NCBI GenBank assembly: GCA_964019425.1
Contig: OZ025787.1
Coordinates: 1,054,001 to 1,118,000 of the forward strand
From: Flectonema sp. DT1601
Taxonomy: Eukaryota
Length of the DNA stretch: 64,000 bases
Reading direction: 5' to 3'
Shown here: piece by piece, positions 59,503 through 64,000 of the stretch
How the letters are laid out: every line of letters begins with the position of its first letter
How positions within the stretch are numbered: position 1 is the first letter of the stretch
Position numbers and translations under genes: made by a program
Notes under the pieces: generated by a model
Told to the model about the DNA's origin: nothing
What the model saw: only the letters and a program-made list of their open reading frames with translations
Database searches by the model: none

Positions 59503-60980
59503 TCAGTAAAGGTAAGAATCTTGTACCTGTTTTAGTTTTTTTTAAATGTATCAAACAGACTGACAGATGAATGCCAGCTATCTGCTACTTTTTCAAAAAC
59601 AGAAGCTCAACATACCTGCTGCAGCTTAGGCTTCTCTGTTTTCGTCCTCTTGGTGTCATGTTCATCAGCTGGGGAGGGTTGCGATTGTTTTTTACGCTGA
59701 TCGGCCTTCTTCTGCTTTAGAGTAGCTGCGGCTGCTGCTTCCGCAGCTTCACGCTGCTGACGCAATTCAGCAGCATGTCGTTGAGCTTCTTCAAACTTTT
59801 CGCGTTCTGTGAGAAGTCTCTTTTTTACCATTTCTGTTGATACAGCTTCAGTAGTGTGACCTTCAACAGCTGCTCTATAACTAGCCCAATTCATTAGTGT
59901 TGTTGCATCTGTAAACCCGTGAAGCAATGTTGTATTCTTCATTTTGTGTATCATTTTCTCACGTTCTTCTTGTGCTGTTTTGCGTTCTGCAAGAAGCTTT
60001 TTCTTGTTTGCAATCTCTTCCTCGGGTGACAATATTTTAAAATTTTCCTTTATCTTGCTGGCATAGGACTTGACGAATTTATCTTCTTCTTCGCTAAACG
60101 GAGGGAAGACCTGATAAAACTCATCTGTTGAGTCTGATGATAGAAGCATATCGGCAAATACGGCCATTGTAACAGTTTTGCCTTCACCAACAACTACTTG
60201 GTTGTCATCATCAGTTGTAACGAGTTGTCTTGCCATAGCACGTACAAAATCAGTTGGGGGATACGTGTATCGTAAGTACATTAATATTATCGCGACTGCA
60301 TATGGTTTGTCCACATGCCGTTTGAGTAACTTGAGACAAGTCTTGCTGCTAGTTCGAAGCAGAAACAACTGATAGACAAGACAAAAAGCCTGTGAAACAA
60401 AATCTTTACCATCCTGACTTTCTATTGGATTCAAGGTTGTGATACAAGAGGTAGAATCAATAACATCATTGCAAGTCGTCATTGTTCCGTATGTAAAGTC
60501 GAATCTTCCCATCAAAGATAAACAAGGCTTACTAATGTGTTCAGGCATGTTCATGTGTGTGAACTGATTATCCGATTGAGGATAATAATTATAGACCCGA
60601 ACAACATGTTGTTCAATGTGATCAAGACGTACTCGCAATAGTGACATTAGAAAATCATTATCACACTCCCCTTTCTCTTCTGCCCTTTCTTGGATTGCAC
60701 CCACAAGAGGTGCACCACATCTCACTCTTGCTGAAAAATCTTTATCCTTCCCAACCTTGCAGTATATCGGTGTATTTACAGCGGTATCCTTGCCAACCAG
60801 TACGGATCCTCTGTTTGCTTCCTTTGCCTCTTGCCATCCCTTTTCTTTTTGAATTTTTGCTGCTACTTCTGCTGCCTTCACCTCCTTCTTCTTTCTGATG
60901 TTTGTTTTCTTCTTTTGTACCGCCTTCAGCATCGCTAAAGGGTTGGTACCCTTGCTAATATTCGTTTTCTTTGCCGGCAT
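59503..60980 (-). CDS. PRP38-family pre-mRNA splicing factor (PRP38B-like), 2 exons
   Basis: 'AFCLVYQLFLLR...RHVDKPYAVAIILMYLRYTYPPTDF' follows the PRP38 domain pattern. Intron 59527..59615 adds VQDSYLY*. Confidence 0.75.
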
Positions 60981-61329
60981 TGTTGTACCTGATGCTGTTT
61001 TGAATAACTTGATCTTAAATATTTCAGGAAAGGTGATATTTTGATAATTAACATGTACTTGCTAGCGTTAAGGGGGATACCCCACCATCACACCTCCTCT
61101 ACAATTTCGTGTTTTCATTAATTTCAACTGCCGTGCCTGTGAAACGAATTATTCAGACAGCTAAATTATTGGGAGCAGATTTTTTTATAAGAGTACACAG
61201 TAAAGGATGCTTGTAAGCTGGCTATTCTAACTTAAACTGAGAAACAATAAAAAAATTACGCTTGCTGGCTGCCATGAGTTGTGTATGTTCAGCAGCTACA
61301 AGCGTCTTACCTTGGTATTATCGCCCCAA

Positions 61330-62870
61330 GTGGCCCTGCGCTCTGCACCAATCCAACCATGTTGATCTATTCGGTTTTAAAAAAGAAATGATCAGAAGAA
61401 ACAAACAGTTTGCGAGTCTTTGCTCGCCGACCCGCGCAACGGTCACAAACGGGAAGTGTCGTTACTCACCTTGGAGGCTGCAATGCACTCCCCAGTATGT
61501 TGCCCATGTAAATTACACTGCATAGTGTGTAAAGTTTGCCACTAGGGCAAGGGGGAGTTGTGCATGATAACAGTTGCCGATCGGTTTTTTATCTGTCTTC
61601 CTGACAAATCAGTGTGCAAAATTAAAAAAAACAAAGAAAGAAGCGAAATCATACTCGTTATAAGATGGATATGCTGGATGATCGGTGTTTGCTGCATTGT
61701 GGAATGGAGGGCCGAAGCCAAAAGCCTTGCCCATATCCACCTGTATAAACCCAAAACAAACAAACTGAAGACCCACATAGAGAGTAGTGAACAAATGATG
61801 ATGATGATGATGATGATGATTGTTAATTTTCGGTGCATTATTTTTATAGCTGTAAGTCTTTTTTTATGTTTTTGCTTTGCGTCTCGTTGTAGTCCTGGTC
61901 ATGACTCTAAACTGACCAAGCTTCTCATTTTCTTGACAGAACAGGAATCCCTCTCCCGATACACATAAAACATGTCCGCGATGAGTTTTTGAGTGGACCG
62001 ATGAGGCGCACTTGTCCTTCTGGATCAGATGCGCCTAAGCCTGGCTCGTTCTGAGACAGCAGCGTAAGACACCTGGGTCATGACTGGCAGATTTTCCAAC
62101 TTCACAGCCCTTAAGCCATGACTGGGTACGTCTAGGGAAGAGATCGGTCTGCTCCTCATCGCGGCATGGACAGGGGCTTTCACCACAATGTGACAATACA
62201 GGAACCACCGAAGAAGCAGCCGAAGATGCTTTTAGCCGCCGCTCCCGATGTCGCACTGGGCATATGTAAGACCTGTTTCTTTGCATTCTGTTGCTGCTCG
62301 ATATAGCTGCTGCTTTGTTGCAGTTTTTTTTATTTTATAATTAAGTTGCTTCTTTTTTGCGTCTCTGGTCATGACCCTAAACTGACTAAGCTTCTCATTT
62401 TCTTGACAGAACAGGAACCCCTCTCCCGATACGCATAAAACATGTCAGCGATGAGTTTCTGAGTCGGTCCGCTCCTCATCGCGACATGCGCGTGTAGAGG
62501 AAGGACGGGGGCTGTCACCACAATGTGACAAAGCAGACACCGCCACTGAAGAAGCAGCCACCACCGATCCCTATGTGTGACTTGTGCGGCCAAAACAGCC
62601 ACAATAAACACAACAAAACAGGTTTGCAACTTTGCCTCTTTGTTTCTTTCTCGCCGCTCGCCGTCAAGCACACATTGGGATAGATTAGATGGATATGCTG
62701 GATGATTGGTGTCTGCCACAATGTGGAATGGAGGGCCAAAGCCAAAAGCTTGCCCAGATCCACCTGAACCCACCACCCATGTTGCCCTATGATGGAAACT
62801 GTGAATCACAGTATGAGAAGAGTTACTTTAAAAGTGCCGATCCGTTTTCTATCGGTCTTAACCTTGGTGT
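61330..62870. repeat. Mosaic of degenerate direct repeats, probable mobile-element relic
   Basis: 61663-61743 ~ 62687-62766, 61895-61994 ~ 62365-62464, 62144-62220 ~ 62464-62558. No intact ORF; (ATG)n microsatellite at ~61795-61820. Confidence 0.8.
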
Positions 62871-62879
62871 CCAACTAAA

Positions 62880-64000
62880 CTAAAGGGCAAAGCGGCCTCG
62901 TAATGAGAAGCCGGCCTCGTAAGTGATATTCTATGTTACGAAGCCAACCGCTTAGCTTTCTCCCTCCTACCCTGTCTCTGTTCCGAGGTGACGCCTACAT
63001 CACCTATGTATTTTTCAGGGACATGCTTTTTGACATCCCTTTCCCGATGGAATTCCTCTTCCAATTGTGCCCGGGGGATTTCATTGACCTGTGCTTCGGG
63101 GATCGGATGTTTTATAGCATCCACCAGCAGTATGTTATCCAACCTTATTTTGGTGTCGTCGTTCAGTATCGCGTTCACCTTCGCTATATGTTTTACTGTG
63201 TATATCTGCCTGGACCAAATCTGCTTGGTTCCCTTTGTGAAGATGTTGCGAGTCAGACGCTTACGTACTTTGTCACCAACAGAAATGTTTGTCTTAATAT
63301 CCACATTATACTTCTTTAAATTATCGGACAGGATTCTTTCAAATAATGGATCTTCGGGAGTGCTAACATATACTTGATTGGGAGTGTAATCGTGTAATGT
63401 TGAATGGGGCGTGCCGTTGTAGTCGGTGATAACCTTTTGTAAGTACTGCGACCATTTAGTCGTTCTGAATAAGGTCAAGTGCCTTTCCATCCTCTCGCGG
63501 AATGTTCTCGAGAATCGATCCACAACACCTAAAGCATTATGATCTCCCACCTCATTTGTCTCATGATTAATATTAAAACGATTGAGTAGCTCTTGTACAT
63601 ACTTATTTAAGAACTCCGTCCCATTGTCGCTGATGATTGTTCCGATTGAGGGGCTCGTTGCTTCGATGATGCTTCGCAGGGCTTCTTCTACGACTGGCCC
63701 TGTTTTGTTTTTTAGTGCCCTCGCTGATGCCCTTCTGGAGAAGATATCAATCGCTATCAGTATGAATGTGTTTCCGTTGTTAGTTCTCTTGTAGGGTTGG
63801 TAATCTAATAAATCCATCTGAACCCTCTCATTGATCCCGAATGCAACAATATGGCCGGTAATCTTTTTGGTTTTAACCTTGTAGAGTTGCGACACTTCAT
63901 TGAGTTTCAAGAAGTCCACCACGTCGCGTCGTTCCACATGTGGGTTATTCGCATGAGCAACCTTGTAGATTTTTTCGACAGACTCGATAACTCAATTCCT
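62880..64000 (-). mobile_element. Edge of a putative Polinton-like/virophage-like endogenous element or integrase-bearing DNA transposon
   Basis: Integrase type, compositional shift, and CGGCCTCGTAA direct repeat at 62893-62903 and 62912-62922. Boundaries and the rest of the element are not visible in this window. Confidence 0.6.
62936..63991 (-). CDS. rve-family (DDE-type) integrase of Polinton/Maverick/virophage type, probably disrupted
   Basis: 'VQMDLLD...ILIAIDIFSR...ISDNGTEF...VVDRFSRTF...YNGTPHSTL..TP...VGDKVR...FTKG...WSRQIYTV'. Intronless and more GC-rich than host intergenic DNA. In-frame TGA at 63992-63994. Confidence 0.88.
   Translation of the reverse strand, partial: VIESVEKIYKVAHANNPHVERRDVVDFLKLNEVSQLYKVKTKKITGHIVAFGINERVQMDLLDYQPYKRTNNGNTFILIAIDIFSRRASARALKNKTGPVVEEALRSIIEATSPSIGTIISDNGTEFLNKYVQELLNRFNINHETNEVGDHNALGVVDRFSRTFRERMERHLTLFRTTKWSQYLQKVITDYNGTPHSTLHDYTPNQVYVSTPEDPLFERILSDNLKKYNVDIKTNISVGDKVRKRLTRNIFTKGTKQIWSRQIYTVKHIAKVNAILNDDTKIRLDNILLVDAIKHPIPEAQVNEIPRAQLEEEFHRERDVKKHVPEKYIGDVGVTSEQRQGRREKAKRLAS

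Noticed and set aside
187..60898. Numerous short plus-strand ORFs
   Set aside because: They are antisense shadows of minus-strand genes or poly-K/poly-F translations of homopolymer tracts, with no recognisable motifs.

Overview
AT-rich eukaryotic genomic DNA, not prokaryotic. About 17 host protein-coding genes all lie on the minus strand across 1-61 kb. I reconstructed 20 short GT-AG introns by frame continuity. A single-strand gene array together with cis-introns and Euglenozoa-style surface proteins suggests a diplonemid-like euglenozoan (inference). Recognisable genes: CDC27/APC3, a cyclic-nucleotide-binding protein, a ~5,600-aa modular type I surface protein, a thioredoxin-domain protein, a tandem SMP-C2 lipid-transfer protein, a kinesin-14 fused to an EB1-type CH domain, a DnaJ protein, EXO84, proteasome ATPase RPT5, a TPR/IQ protein, a Cys-rich/PQTQV-repeat multi-TM protein, a MAP2K and a PRP38-family protein. 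The last 3 kb hold degenerate repeats and a Polinton/virophage-type rve integrase that runs to the window edge. Most notable signals: (i) the EB1-CH/kinesin-14 fusion; (ii) an unusual splice grammar, with GTNTG donors, A/C-rich rather than pyrimidine-rich cis acceptors, and candidate 2-4-nt 5' micro-exons behind pyrimidine-rich acceptors; (iii) an acylated double-SMP protein without a TM anchor; (iv) the probable endogenous viral/transposon edge. All homology calls come from motif recognition by eye; no searches were run.
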